A stretch of 64,000 bases of DNA, taken from the IMG/VR virus record IMGVR_UViG_3300021957_000015, positions 15,170-79,169 of that record; one strand, 5' to 3'. Every line of letters begins with the position of its first letter. Position 1 is the first letter of the stretch. A model generated the notes under the pieces. That model made no database searches, had not been told where the DNA came from, and was given only the letters and a program-made list of their open reading frames with translations. The translations under genes and the position numbers were made by a program. This document shows, piece after piece, positions 9,561 to 19,510 of this stretch. This DNA is from a virus.

Positions 9561-10871
9561 ATGCAAAAACTTAATTTAAAATCTACAAAGGAACAAATCT
9601 TGAACTCCGCGCAAATAGGCGTGGAGTTCGAGTTCTATTCCAATATGGGGCTTGAAGAAACTCAAAAGTCATTAGCCAACTTATTAGACCGAAAGATTCG
9701 ATTAGAAGACAAGGCACACTCTGACTTTGTACCAGATGATAAAATCTTTAAAATGGAACCTGACATGTCAGGTGGTAAAGGCCTTATAGAATTAGTAACT
9801 GGTCCTATTCCATATAGAAACGCTAGAGTAATTATTATAAAAATGCTCAACTGGATCAAAGAAAACGGATATACTAATGATCGAGCAAGTATTCATTTAA
9901 ATATGTCATTTCAAACTGATTATTTAGAAGATCCAATCATGGTTTCTAAAATGAATGTTCTTAAATTCATTTTAGAATTCGATGAAGAGCAGGTTTATCA
10001 TTTCTTTCCTAATAGAGAAAATTCAACTTATGCTAAAAGTATTAAGTGGGTAATGCCTGCTAGGGAATCATATTGGTATGATGAAGATCACATTGCACCT
10101 ATGAATTTTGTGTTTGCTAATTCTAAGTATTATGGTATAAATTTTGAAAAAGCAGAGAAAAACTATTTAGAGTTTAGGTATATCGGTGGTGAAAACTATC
10201 ACCTTAAGAAAGAAGAAATATTATACTTATGTGAAAGGTTTATTATGCAGATGTGGAAATCTTGTAATAATCCTAGATTTACTCAACAAAATAGAATAGA
10301 ACTTAAGAAAATAATCAATAAAAACATACCATTAGTTGATATATTGAAAGATCACACTAAATTAAATGAACATTTTCCTAAAATTCATGTGCTAGTTGAT
10401 TTACAAGATAATGATCAGGTAATAAAAGTTCAATGGGCTAGAATTAAAGATAAAGTAATTGATCTAATATCTAATGGTTCTATGGAAAGGGGAATTATTA
10501 ACTATGATTCAGATTATGGTACTATGCAAATTAAAGATGGTGTATTTAAAACGATATACTTATTAGATGGGTATGAATTCATAGATTGCGAACTAAGAGG
10601 TAACGTAGAAAATTCACAAATGTACAATTGTTCAGTTGAAGGATCTATGATCAAAAGGTGTAATCTATATAGTAGTACAGAAGTTAAAGATAGTAAAATA
10701 GAATCATGCTATGTTAACGGTAGTGCAACTGCAACTAATTGTTTTGTGTTTGGACGTGACGGCGTATTTAAAGGAAGACTAATTGGTGGTATATACAGAG
10801 AGGGCTTTTTAGGAAAAGATGCAAGAATAAGTGACGAAACAGAAGTAGTAGTCAGTAAAAAAATAAATTAA
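9561..10871 (+). CDS. Putative amidoligase (COOH-NH2 ligase, Amidoligase_2-like) with C-terminal beta-helix-like region
   Basis: IGVEFEF, ELVTGP, SIHLNMS, KYYGINF and LEFRYIGG motifs; repetitive Cys/Ser/Val C-terminus. Confidence 0.7.
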   Translation: MQKLNLKSTKEQILNSAQIGVEFEFYSNMGLEETQKSLANLLDRKIRLEDKAHSDFVPDDKIFKMEPDMSGGKGLIELVTGPIPYRNARVIIIKMLNWIKENGYTNDRASIHLNMSFQTDYLEDPIMVSKMNVLKFILEFDEEQVYHFFPNRENSTYAKSIKWVMPARESYWYDEDHIAPMNFVFANSKYYGINFEKAEKNYLEFRYIGGENYHLKKEEILYLCERFIMQMWKSCNNPRFTQQNRIELKKIINKNIPLVDILKDHTKLNEHFPKIHVLVDLQDNDQVIKVQWARIKDKVIDLISNGSMERGIINYDSDYGTMQIKDGVFKTIYLLDGYEFIDCELRGNVENSQMYNCSVEGSMIKRCNLYSSTEVKDSKIESCYVNGSATATNCFVFGRDGVFKGRLIGGIYREGFLGKDARISDETEVVVSKKIN

Positions 10872-10874
10872 ACG

Positions 10875-11732
10875 ATGAGTAAAATTACAAGTGGAACTAA
10901 TCTTGATTTAACTACACCTAGAGATTTTGGTGATAATTGTCTAAACGATTTCTTAACTGAAATAGCAGATGAAATCACAGGTGCATGTATGTTGCCTGTA
11001 AATCTACCACAAAAGGAAGTTATTAACATAATTAATAGGGCTAAAAAATGGATGTACAAAAAGTATGAGGATTCTGTAAGAGAAAACTACTATCACGTTC
11101 CGTTTGAAGTATTTAATTCAGATTACTTTAGAGAAAACAGAGCACTTAATTTACCAGCACCTGCAGCTTCTGGAACACCAGGCGCCGGAGGTGGCGGAGT
11201 ATTTTCAGTATATGGTGTATATGATTTAACATCTGGGTGGAATTCAGTTGGATCTGGAATGGATCTTAGATTCCAGCCTGGTGCAGATTTTGCATTAGAA
11301 AGAATGTTATTTAGAAACATGTATAATGGATCAGGTCCTGCAGAAGCAGCTGAAGAATTACAATATTATGTGTTAAATGCATCTTTAGCGGATATGTCTA
11401 GACAAATTTTAGAAAATCCTATTTCTTATCAATATCAAAGAAACACTGGTGAATTAAAAATTATGGGTGATACGCCTAAGGGTGATGTTATATTAGAGTT
11501 GTTTGAGACTATACCAGACTGCGCCCTGTTTGATGACGAAATATTCTTCAGATATGTTAGCGCTAAAATAAAGCAATCATTAGGTGCTAAGTTAGGTATC
11601 TTTAAATTCGCTTTACCTGGTAATGTTGAATTTGACTATAGCGCCATAAAAGATATGGGCGATAGTGAATTAGAATCAATAGAAGAAGAAATCAAAGGAG
11701 ATGAAGGTGTAGACTTCATGTTCCATAGTTAA
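10875..11732 (+). CDS. gp13: Neck protein, gp13-like
   Basis: LPVNLPQKEVINIINRAKKW; YVSAKIKQSLGAKLGIFKFALPGNVEFDY is similar to the T4 gp13 C-terminus. Confidence 0.7.
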   Translation: MSKITSGTNLDLTTPRDFGDNCLNDFLTEIADEITGACMLPVNLPQKEVINIINRAKKWMYKKYEDSVRENYYHVPFEVFNSDYFRENRALNLPAPAASGTPGAGGGGVFSVYGVYDLTSGWNSVGSGMDLRFQPGADFALERMLFRNMYNGSGPAEAAEELQYYVLNASLADMSRQILENPISYQYQRNTGELKIMGDTPKGDVILELFETIPDCALFDDEIFFRYVSAKIKQSLGAKLGIFKFALPGNVEFDYSAIKDMGDSELESIEEEIKGDEGVDFMFHS

Positions 11733-11753
11733 AAAATTGAGATACATATATAA

Positions 11754-12110
11754 ATGGATTTTTATATAAAGACAAAAGGAGACCCAAACTGGAATAGAAC
11801 GCAAGTTCAAACCAATGGAGAAATAGAACAGCTCGTTCAACAAATAGAGACTATTCTATTTACTGGTAAAGCTGATGTTTTAGGGGCTCCTGGTTTTGGA
11901 TGCGATCTAGAGCAGTACATATATGCTTTAGGGTATAATGAAGGTCAACTAAAGGACGCGTTAGATACACAGATTAAATATTATTGTCCTTTAGCACAAA
12001 AATACAATGTTGCCACAAAGGTAAAATTCTTTAAAGGTAACGTTAGAGATATTGCATATATTGATATTACAATAGACGGTAAATATCTCGTACAATTAAA
12101 CATTAGATAA
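11754..12110 (+). CDS. gp25: Baseplate wedge/sheath initiator, gp25-like
   Basis: IETILFTGKADVLGAPGFGCDLEQYIY motif; precedes the gp6-like gene. Confidence 0.8.
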   Translation: MDFYIKTKGDPNWNRTQVQTNGEIEQLVQQIETILFTGKADVLGAPGFGCDLEQYIYALGYNEGQLKDALDTQIKYYCPLAQKYNVATKVKFFKGNVRDIAYIDITIDGKYLVQLNIR

Positions 12111-12111
12111 A

Positions 12112-13944
12112 ATGGCAGAGTTAAAATTTATAAGTACATTAAGAGCAACTGCACAGCAGATCAAAGACGACGCTAGAGTTTATATTTCTAGAGTTTATGG
12201 ACGTGCTGGTACATTGTTTACCGATGCATCACCATTTGCTCAAATCATATCTGTAATAACTGAGATTCAAGAATTAATATTATTTTATCTTGAAGACGCA
12301 CTAGTTGAGCAAAACATATATACAGCTCAACACGCAGAATCTATTTACGGTATGAGTAGGCTTACAGGCCATGACTCTACTAGAGGTTTTGCAGCTACAG
12401 GTGAAATTGAATTTAGATGGAAACCTGGTGTTGATTTTGATAAAATTTCAGGAGCTGGAATTACAATAGACAATAGAGCTGAATTAAAATTCGACCTTAA
12501 TGGGTTAACATATACATTGTTGACTAGTAAAGACAGATTTAGATTAGAAAAAAGTAATAATACTGTAATTAGTACCGCAATTATTCAAGGTAAATTTGAA
12601 TCACAAACTTTTACAGGGGATGGCGAACCTTTACAATCATTTAATGTACAAACTAAGGGACTTTCAGACCACAGTAAAATAAACATTAGTGTAAACGGTG
12701 AGGTTTGGACAAAACAAGAATCTTTATATGATTTACACAGAGATGAAAAGGCATATTTAGTTAAAACTGGAATTTCAGGAGGATTAGATGTATATTTTGG
12801 AAACACAGCTTTTGGTATGGCGCCACCGCTTGGTTCTAAAATTGAAGTAGAATATGTTACACATGAAGGTGTCAAAGGAAACATAGATGATTCAAATGAT
12901 TTAACGTTAAAATGGAAAGCAACCGGTGTAGATTCTTTAGGAGAAGAGCATGATCTAAATAATTTCTTAGATATAACGGTTACATCTTCCCCTAAAATGG
13001 GAACAGATAGAGAATCTACTCAGTTTACAAAGATTATGACTCCTCTTGCTAGTAAGTCATTTGTACTGGCAACTCCAGATAACTATGAATACTTCTTATC
13101 TAGATACAGTATATTTTCTTATTTAGATGCATACAACACAACAGATGATCAATATTTAGATGATGATAATGTGATTTATATTTTTGCAATTCCAGATGTT
13201 AGAAGGAAGTTAGCTAAAAACCAGGATTATTTTTCTATTCCACAAGAAGAAATGTTCTTTGATGATAATGAATATGAAAAAATGTCTAAGGTACTGCAAG
13301 ATAGCGGTCAACAAATGGTAACTACTGAAGTTGTTTTTGTTAAGCCTAAGATTAGAAAATATAGTATGGATGTTAATGTTAGATTTTTCGAAGGTTTTAC
13401 AAAAGAAGAATTAGGCAATGAGATTAGATCTAAGATAGATGAATATTTATTGAATGTAACTAGAAGAGATAAATTACCAAAATCAGATATAATTTACATA
13501 TTAGAAGAAATTGAAGGTATTGATGCTGTTAATGTTAGGTTTATTTCTGAAACAGAAGAAACAGCAAGAAGATTAGGTTACTTTGAATCTAAAACAATTT
13601 CTGTTGTACCGCAAGATCCTGTAACTTTAGAAAACGTTGGAAACGGAAAACAAAAATATGTGTTCTTTAAAAGAATAGAAGAAGTCTCAACTGTAACAGT
13701 AGACGAAGCAACGGTTATACCTGAAACGGTGGTTGGCTTAGATAGATGGGGTGATATTATTATGGAAAAAGAAGAAGTTGCAGTATTTAGAGGCGGATGG
13801 CAAGATAGAGACGGTGATGAGATTACTGATGATGTTTTAATTAACGCAGAAGCAGCACTAAGTATTAATTTTGAAGGTGATCCGGTTCCTAGAACAATAT
13901 ATACTAGATTACAAGCTGGTGATAGAAAGGCATTAAAGATATAA
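12112..13944 (+). CDS. gp6: Baseplate wedge subunit, gp6-like
   Basis: EQNIYTAQHAESIYGMSRLTGH, VYFGNTAFGMAPPLGSKIEVEY, LATPDNYEYFL; 610 aa. Confidence 0.8.
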   Translation: MAELKFISTLRATAQQIKDDARVYISRVYGRAGTLFTDASPFAQIISVITEIQELILFYLEDALVEQNIYTAQHAESIYGMSRLTGHDSTRGFAATGEIEFRWKPGVDFDKISGAGITIDNRAELKFDLNGLTYTLLTSKDRFRLEKSNNTVISTAIIQGKFESQTFTGDGEPLQSFNVQTKGLSDHSKINISVNGEVWTKQESLYDLHRDEKAYLVKTGISGGLDVYFGNTAFGMAPPLGSKIEVEYVTHEGVKGNIDDSNDLTLKWKATGVDSLGEEHDLNNFLDITVTSSPKMGTDRESTQFTKIMTPLASKSFVLATPDNYEYFLSRYSIFSYLDAYNTTDDQYLDDDNVIYIFAIPDVRRKLAKNQDYFSIPQEEMFFDDNEYEKMSKVLQDSGQQMVTTEVVFVKPKIRKYSMDVNVRFFEGFTKEELGNEIRSKIDEYLLNVTRRDKLPKSDIIYILEEIEGIDAVNVRFISETEETARRLGYFESKTISVVPQDPVTLENVGNGKQKYVFFKRIEEVSTVTVDEATVIPETVVGLDRWGDIIMEKEEVAVFRGGWQDRDGDEITDDVLINAEAALSINFEGDPVPRTIYTRLQAGDRKALKI

Positions 13945-13954
13945 ACAGTAAGAC

Positions 13955-14227
13955 ATGAATTTATTTAAAGACTTATTAAAATATAATAAACCTAGAGTAT
14001 ACGATATTGCTAAAACAAGGCATGATAATAGACTTAATACAGGTAATCAGTATATGGATGAAAGTTTTATATCTAAGATGCTTTCAAAACACATAATTAG
14101 AAATACTATCCTAAGAGAATTCTTATATTTTATAGATGATAGCTTATTTGTATTACTTAAAGGCGTTAGAACCTTTAAAGGATATAAAAATTACACAGTT
14201 AAAAAAGGTGATAAACATATTAGATAA
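13955..14227 (+). CDS. Hypothetical protein
   Basis: 90-aa ORF coupled to the next gene by a TAATG overlap. Confidence 0.6.
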   Translation: MNLFKDLLKYNKPRVYDIAKTRHDNRLNTGNQYMDESFISKMLSKHIIRNTILREFLYFIDDSLFVLLKGVRTFKGYKNYTVKKGDKHIR

Positions 14228-16980
14228 TGTATAATAATTTAAGATTTTTTAATGGTTTAGATAACGATTTGAATTTAGTTAAAAATTCAAATGGCGTGTG
14301 GTCTGGTAATTTATATTTAGATGAGGTTTCTGTTCAATTATATGAAACTGTAAATTTATTTATTTTAGAAGAATGTAAATATTTAGGTGATTTAGTTGCA
14401 AATACCCCAGTTGCCGAAAACCCTAACGATAGTAAATTTATAGCTAAATGGAAAAAAGATACCGTTGTTAATTCAAAGGACATAATAATATATGGAACTA
14501 AATTAGAAAATGGTAAAATTATTGTTGATGAAAAAGATTCTTTAGAATTTGATATTGAATCTAATTCTAATATTACCGGTACTGATGCAAACGGAATTAA
14601 AGAACTTTCAACACCTAATCAAGTTGCATTACAAATAAATATTGCACTTAGCTCTAAAACTGGAGGACCACACACAAGATATTTATGTATATTTGAATCT
14701 ATCAATGGCGTAGAAACAAAAATTGCAGAAATAACAGTATACGGTGAAGTAGTTGAAGAAGACGAAAGGCTTAGTATTTTGCTTTCTAATTTTGGAGCTA
14801 CATTAGATGTTGGGGATTTTATGCTATTTAAAACACATGACATTAGTGAAATGTCTCCAGATTTTAAACTGCTTAATAAGAAACGTAAAGAGTTGCTCCT
14901 AGAGTTACATAATATCAAGCCATTCGTAGGAACTTATAAAGCTATATTGAATGCTATAGATTTCTTTGGCTATGACAGAATTACTCTAAAGGAATACTGG
15001 CTTAACGTTGACAAATCTGCAGAAAGTTTCGGTAAAATGTATGCTGTGCCAGTGCCTAACGCATCTAAGCGTGGGGAAATGATTCGTAAGAGATTAAAAT
15101 TTAAAGTGCCTAGTAGCACTATTAAAAAAACTAGTAGATTTAGTTTAGTTTATAGAATTAATGAAACTAATGGAACGTTTGATCAATGGGATATCCCAAA
15201 TGTAGATGAAGTTTTTGATTTTACACCAGAAGAAGTTTTAATTAAATTATATGGTCTTAAAAATAGACTACAAAAAGATTTCTTGCCATTAAATGCAAAA
15301 ATCATTGATATAACAGGAGAAGGAGACTACTTTGCACAAAAAAATCTAAATGTTTGGAATATACAAAACAATGTAGGATTCTTTACAGAAGGACACAACA
15401 TAAAATTTGAAGTACATCCTAAGAATAGACCTATTTTTATTGAAGATACTTCAGTAGTACTTAAAAGTCATTTAGATCAAAATGATGATAGTTCTAACTA
15501 TAACACGTTATTAAACTTAACTTTTGGAAATGAAGATTCTATAAATGAATCTGAAAGGGAAGATTTAAGGCAAGCATACAGTAAATTCTACGAAACATAT
15601 TATGACAATTCTTTAGAATCTTATAACCAAAATATTCCTATAGGTGCGCCCATAACATTAGACGGTACATTGACATTTGATGACATTTGGAATGAAGCTA
15701 ATTTTACTTGGGATGATGCAGTTGACGCTAACTCAAATCTTAAAGTAACATGGGAAAACTGGTGGAAAAGATGGGTATATGAAATAGAATGGATAATAAC
15801 TAATAAAGAACATGGATATGATCAAACCTTTAGAGGACCAATTGATAACTTCCTAGTATTTCCTATAACGTTACCGTATGTTGGTCAATATTCTATAGAA
15901 ATGAGAACTTACGATTTATTTGGACATAGGTCTCATTTTAGAATGGATAATTTAGTTGATATTAGATTAAAAGATTTAGAATTATATGGTATCTATAAGT
16001 GGAAAGAATTATGTGATTGGAATTCTAAGGAATTAGATTGGTCAAAATCAGGTGGGTATTGGGATTTTCCTCAAGACAATACTACTAAAATAGAAGATGA
16101 CATAGCTACTTTGTATTTAACTTTAGATAGATCTAATTATGTACACAGGGAAGATGATCAAGGCGTTAGATTCTCAACAGTGCAAAGATTTGTCGATGTG
16201 TATTCTGAAATAGGTTTTAGTGAAAATGCTGGACCGTATCAATGGGACGAATCTACATTTAGATATAAAGATGCTGAACATCTATGGTGGAATGCCATGA
16301 GAGTTGGCTCTGATTTAACATCGTCTTTTAAAATTAACGATATTGAAAACGGAGATATTTTAAAAATAATTCATAAAGATCGTATTACTAATCAAGAGTT
16401 TATAGGTACACATGAAATAACATCTCCAACGCCAACTAGTACTTCTGATATATTTGCATGGAATGCTATAGCTGAAGAATTAAATAATAGTACAGATCCT
16501 ATTATAAATAAATTTAATTTTAATCCAGTACTAGAAGATGTTGATGGCATTGATCCATTAGCAAGTGATATCTTTAGATTTATTATAGCAACGGGCGAAG
16601 AATATTCATATACTTATGATTTTTCTGATGTTAGAATAATTAGTGCAAATTTAGGAAGCACGTCCAGCATTAGTGGTGAAAATCACGTAGTACATTATAA
16701 TCCAACATGGGACGATACTAAAATATTTAAAGACTACGCTGAAGTAGAAAGATCTACTCACGTAACTATATCAACTGACATTTCTAGGTTCCCTGGAGCA
16801 AAGAATGCTAAATGGACTATTAAGAATATAAGTAATCCAGAAATCACTGATATATACTATAATAATATGTGGTTGACTTACATATTCAAGCAACCTGGAT
16901 ACTACTCCATTGAGCTTGAAGCGGAAGACACATATGGAAACAAAAACGTTGTAAAACGCAATATGCTAAAAGTAAAATAA
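14227..16980 (+). CDS. Baseplate-associated structural protein (possibly gp7-like) with PKD/Ig-like segments
   Basis: Follows gp6; GTYKAILNAIDFFGY motif; GQYSIEMRTYD and PGYYSIELEAEDTYGN PKD-like ends. Confidence 0.5.
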   Translation: MYNNLRFFNGLDNDLNLVKNSNGVWSGNLYLDEVSVQLYETVNLFILEECKYLGDLVANTPVAENPNDSKFIAKWKKDTVVNSKDIIIYGTKLENGKIIVDEKDSLEFDIESNSNITGTDANGIKELSTPNQVALQINIALSSKTGGPHTRYLCIFESINGVETKIAEITVYGEVVEEDERLSILLSNFGATLDVGDFMLFKTHDISEMSPDFKLLNKKRKELLLELHNIKPFVGTYKAILNAIDFFGYDRITLKEYWLNVDKSAESFGKMYAVPVPNASKRGEMIRKRLKFKVPSSTIKKTSRFSLVYRINETNGTFDQWDIPNVDEVFDFTPEEVLIKLYGLKNRLQKDFLPLNAKIIDITGEGDYFAQKNLNVWNIQNNVGFFTEGHNIKFEVHPKNRPIFIEDTSVVLKSHLDQNDDSSNYNTLLNLTFGNEDSINESEREDLRQAYSKFYETYYDNSLESYNQNIPIGAPITLDGTLTFDDIWNEANFTWDDAVDANSNLKVTWENWWKRWVYEIEWIITNKEHGYDQTFRGPIDNFLVFPITLPYVGQYSIEMRTYDLFGHRSHFRMDNLVDIRLKDLELYGIYKWKELCDWNSKELDWSKSGGYWDFPQDNTTKIEDDIATLYLTLDRSNYVHREDDQGVRFSTVQRFVDVYSEIGFSENAGPYQWDESTFRYKDAEHLWWNAMRVGSDLTSSFKINDIENGDILKIIHKDRITNQEFIGTHEITSPTPTSTSDIFAWNAIAEELNNSTDPIINKFNFNPVLEDVDGIDPLASDIFRFIIATGEEYSYTYDFSDVRIISANLGSTSSISGENHVVHYNPTWDDTKIFKDYAEVERSTHVTISTDISRFPGAKNAKWTIKNISNPEITDIYYNNMWLTYIFKQPGYYSIELEAEDTYGNKNVVKRNMLKVK

Positions 16981-16989
16981 ATAAATAAA

Positions 16990-17550
16990 ATGGCAAACAT
17001 TACAGAAATCTTAGGAACTGACTCGGTGTCATCATCGAGACCAACTATTAATAATAACTTTGAGTTATTAAACGATGAATTAGCTAGTGTAACTGCTCTT
17101 TTAAATCCGACAACATCGGTTTTAGAAGGAGTAAGTAATATTAGTACTTCAGCTATTACAGTTTTGCAAAACAACTTAACATTATTCCAAGTTAATTCAA
17201 ATGGTGGAACAGTAGGAACAGACTTTACATTCAATAACGCAATTACAATCGCTGATAAAGTGATTAAGAGCGGTGTTGTTGGTACGGCTGCAACTGCAAC
17301 AACTGTCTCTGCACCAACGACAATTGAAAAATCAACATATTTTGTAGATGCTGATTTTACATTGCCAGTGGCAGCAGACGGACATGAGTTTACTATCATT
17401 GCAACTGCAGGCGTTACGCTTTTGAAAGCAGCTGGTGTTGAATTTGGTGCAACTTCAATTGCATTAGATGGACTTAACTCAACAATTACTTTAAGATGTT
17501 TTAGCAATACGTGGTACGTAATTAGTGCACATAATGCAACTATAGTTTAA
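16990..17550 (+). CDS. Baseplate/fiber-associated structural protein
   Basis: N-terminal DSVSSSRPTINNNFELL resembles gp9/gp10-type attachment motifs. Confidence 0.5.
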   Translation: MANITEILGTDSVSSSRPTINNNFELLNDELASVTALLNPTTSVLEGVSNISTSAITVLQNNLTLFQVNSNGGTVGTDFTFNNAITIADKVIKSGVVGTAATATTVSAPTTIEKSTYFVDADFTLPVAADGHEFTIIATAGVTLLKAAGVEFGATSIALDGLNSTITLRCFSNTWYVISAHNATIV

Positions 17551-17571
17551 TAAACAAAATTAATAAAATAA

Positions 17572-19509
17572 ATGGCGACTCCTTTAGTTAGAATACCTCA
17601 GCCGCAAGGCGGCACAATGTATGCATTCGCATCGGCTGCGAGAGACATAACTAGGGCCTTTAATAATCCTGATCTAAAATTTGAATTTAGCAAGTACGCA
17701 TTACTTGACTTACCAGATTTTACACAATCAGTAAACGGTTCTAATGTTATTGACTATGAACTTGGCTTAAAACAAGCATCAGGTCAATCTTATGTTGCAT
17801 CGATGCCAAATGTCGATTTCGCACAAACTTTTCAAAATTATGCGCTTAACTTAGAAGAGCTTCTTTTAAGAGATGATGACTATGATCCGATTATTTTACA
17901 ATCAGATGCAGAAAAAGTATTCTTTAAATGGATGTCTAAATTAGGTGCAGTAGATTTTAGACCGACTGATTCTAATGAAAGTGTTAATGGATTATATGCA
18001 GAAAACGATAACGCTATATTAGGTGGAGCAAATTACGAAAAGCTAGTAAAATATTTAGGTAGCATCGACGCAGAGAATGATGTAACATATTCTGATAATA
18101 CATATCATGAAGTTTATGTTAACGTTCCGACATCGGTTGGTTATACACCACTAGTATTATTTAGACCTACTAATTATAACACAACAGCTACTAAAATGTA
18201 TGCCGATGATTATATTAAAGGAAGAGCAGGTCAAACACATCCAGATCCTAATATTAATATTGATTCTGTAGTTGATGCGTATACTCCTAGTAGTGGACCG
18301 TATTATGATATACAAACTAATGCAACCAATTCGGTTCAAATAGAGTTTGAAGCAAGTAGCTATGCTGCTATAAAACAAGATCCAGATACTCAGTCTATAT
18401 TAGATTATTCTAAAAAAGGACAAGATTTTAGATTTAATGCAATATTAATTTATTACGATCTTTACAGTGAATCTGTACCTGCCAATAGAGCTACTAACTT
18501 ATATGGTATTTTAATATTAGATGATATTAAAGATGCATTCGGGCCAGGCACAAAGATACATGAGCAAATTAAATATAAACCGAATGAAGTTACCGGACTT
18601 AATGGTAATGCATATTCGTTAAAGCTAAACTTAAAATTTAATTCTTCCTTAGATAACGTAGGCGTTGAAACTTCTATTAATGATTTTACAACATTTTCTA
18701 TGGATTTATTCATGGATACTACAACTGCATTAGAAAATGCAACACAATTACTTTTAGAAGCTAATACAAGATATTCTAGCATTGTAACTAGATTAAACGA
18801 TATTGAATCATTAGTACTTAATTCTAATGATAGTGATGATCTTATTTCTAGAATCTCTGCGGTAGAATCTGATTTTGAAGATGCTTCAATACAATTACAG
18901 GATTCTAGATCTTTATTAGATCTTATTACTAAAGCACATGATAAAATCAATAGATTAATAGACGGAACTGTGCCAGTAGAATTACAATATAACACAGATG
19001 TTATATTTAACGGTAAAGGCACTGAAGTCGATAAAACTATAAAAGATAAAATTAAAGTTAACAATACAGTTTATGGATATTCTTTAGGAGAAGCTTGGTT
19101 GTACAACATTGCAGCCGAAGCATTAGCTTCTAAATTAACTACGAATGCACCTTTTGATGCAGGCGTCGATGGACAAGGTGCTGATAGGTTTGCAATATGG
19201 ACAAAGCTAGAGGATTATACTAATAGACTAAGTTTAAAAAACTTATTATCATCGGATCCTAATTCTGATCTGAATATATACATTGACGACAGTTCTTCTT
19301 CATGGAAGGTTGGACAAACACTTAAAATAGCGTTTGACACAATCGACATGCAAGGCAATAATATTAAAATTTATTCTGACAAGTCACGTAGATTTAATAA
19401 ATTAATTGCAGAAATAGAAGTTAGTCAACTTTTAACAAATAAACCACATATTGAGATAGTATGTGTAGATCCTACAACCTATCTCTTTGAAGCAGATATT
19501 TTAAGATAA
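17572..19509 (+). CDS. Virion structural protein (hypothetical)
   Basis: 645-aa ORF with coiled-coil segment, in structural module. Confidence 0.55.
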   Translation: MATPLVRIPQPQGGTMYAFASAARDITRAFNNPDLKFEFSKYALLDLPDFTQSVNGSNVIDYELGLKQASGQSYVASMPNVDFAQTFQNYALNLEELLLRDDDYDPIILQSDAEKVFFKWMSKLGAVDFRPTDSNESVNGLYAENDNAILGGANYEKLVKYLGSIDAENDVTYSDNTYHEVYVNVPTSVGYTPLVLFRPTNYNTTATKMYADDYIKGRAGQTHPDPNINIDSVVDAYTPSSGPYYDIQTNATNSVQIEFEASSYAAIKQDPDTQSILDYSKKGQDFRFNAILIYYDLYSESVPANRATNLYGILILDDIKDAFGPGTKIHEQIKYKPNEVTGLNGNAYSLKLNLKFNSSLDNVGVETSINDFTTFSMDLFMDTTTALENATQLLLEANTRYSSIVTRLNDIESLVLNSNDSDDLISRISAVESDFEDASIQLQDSRSLLDLITKAHDKINRLIDGTVPVELQYNTDVIFNGKGTEVDKTIKDKIKVNNTVYGYSLGEAWLYNIAAEALASKLTTNAPFDAGVDGQGADRFAIWTKLEDYTNRLSLKNLLSSDPNSDLNIYIDDSSSSWKVGQTLKIAFDTIDMQGNNIKIYSDKSRRFNKLIAEIEVSQLLTNKPHIEIVCVDPTTYLFEADILR

Positions 19510-19510
19510 T

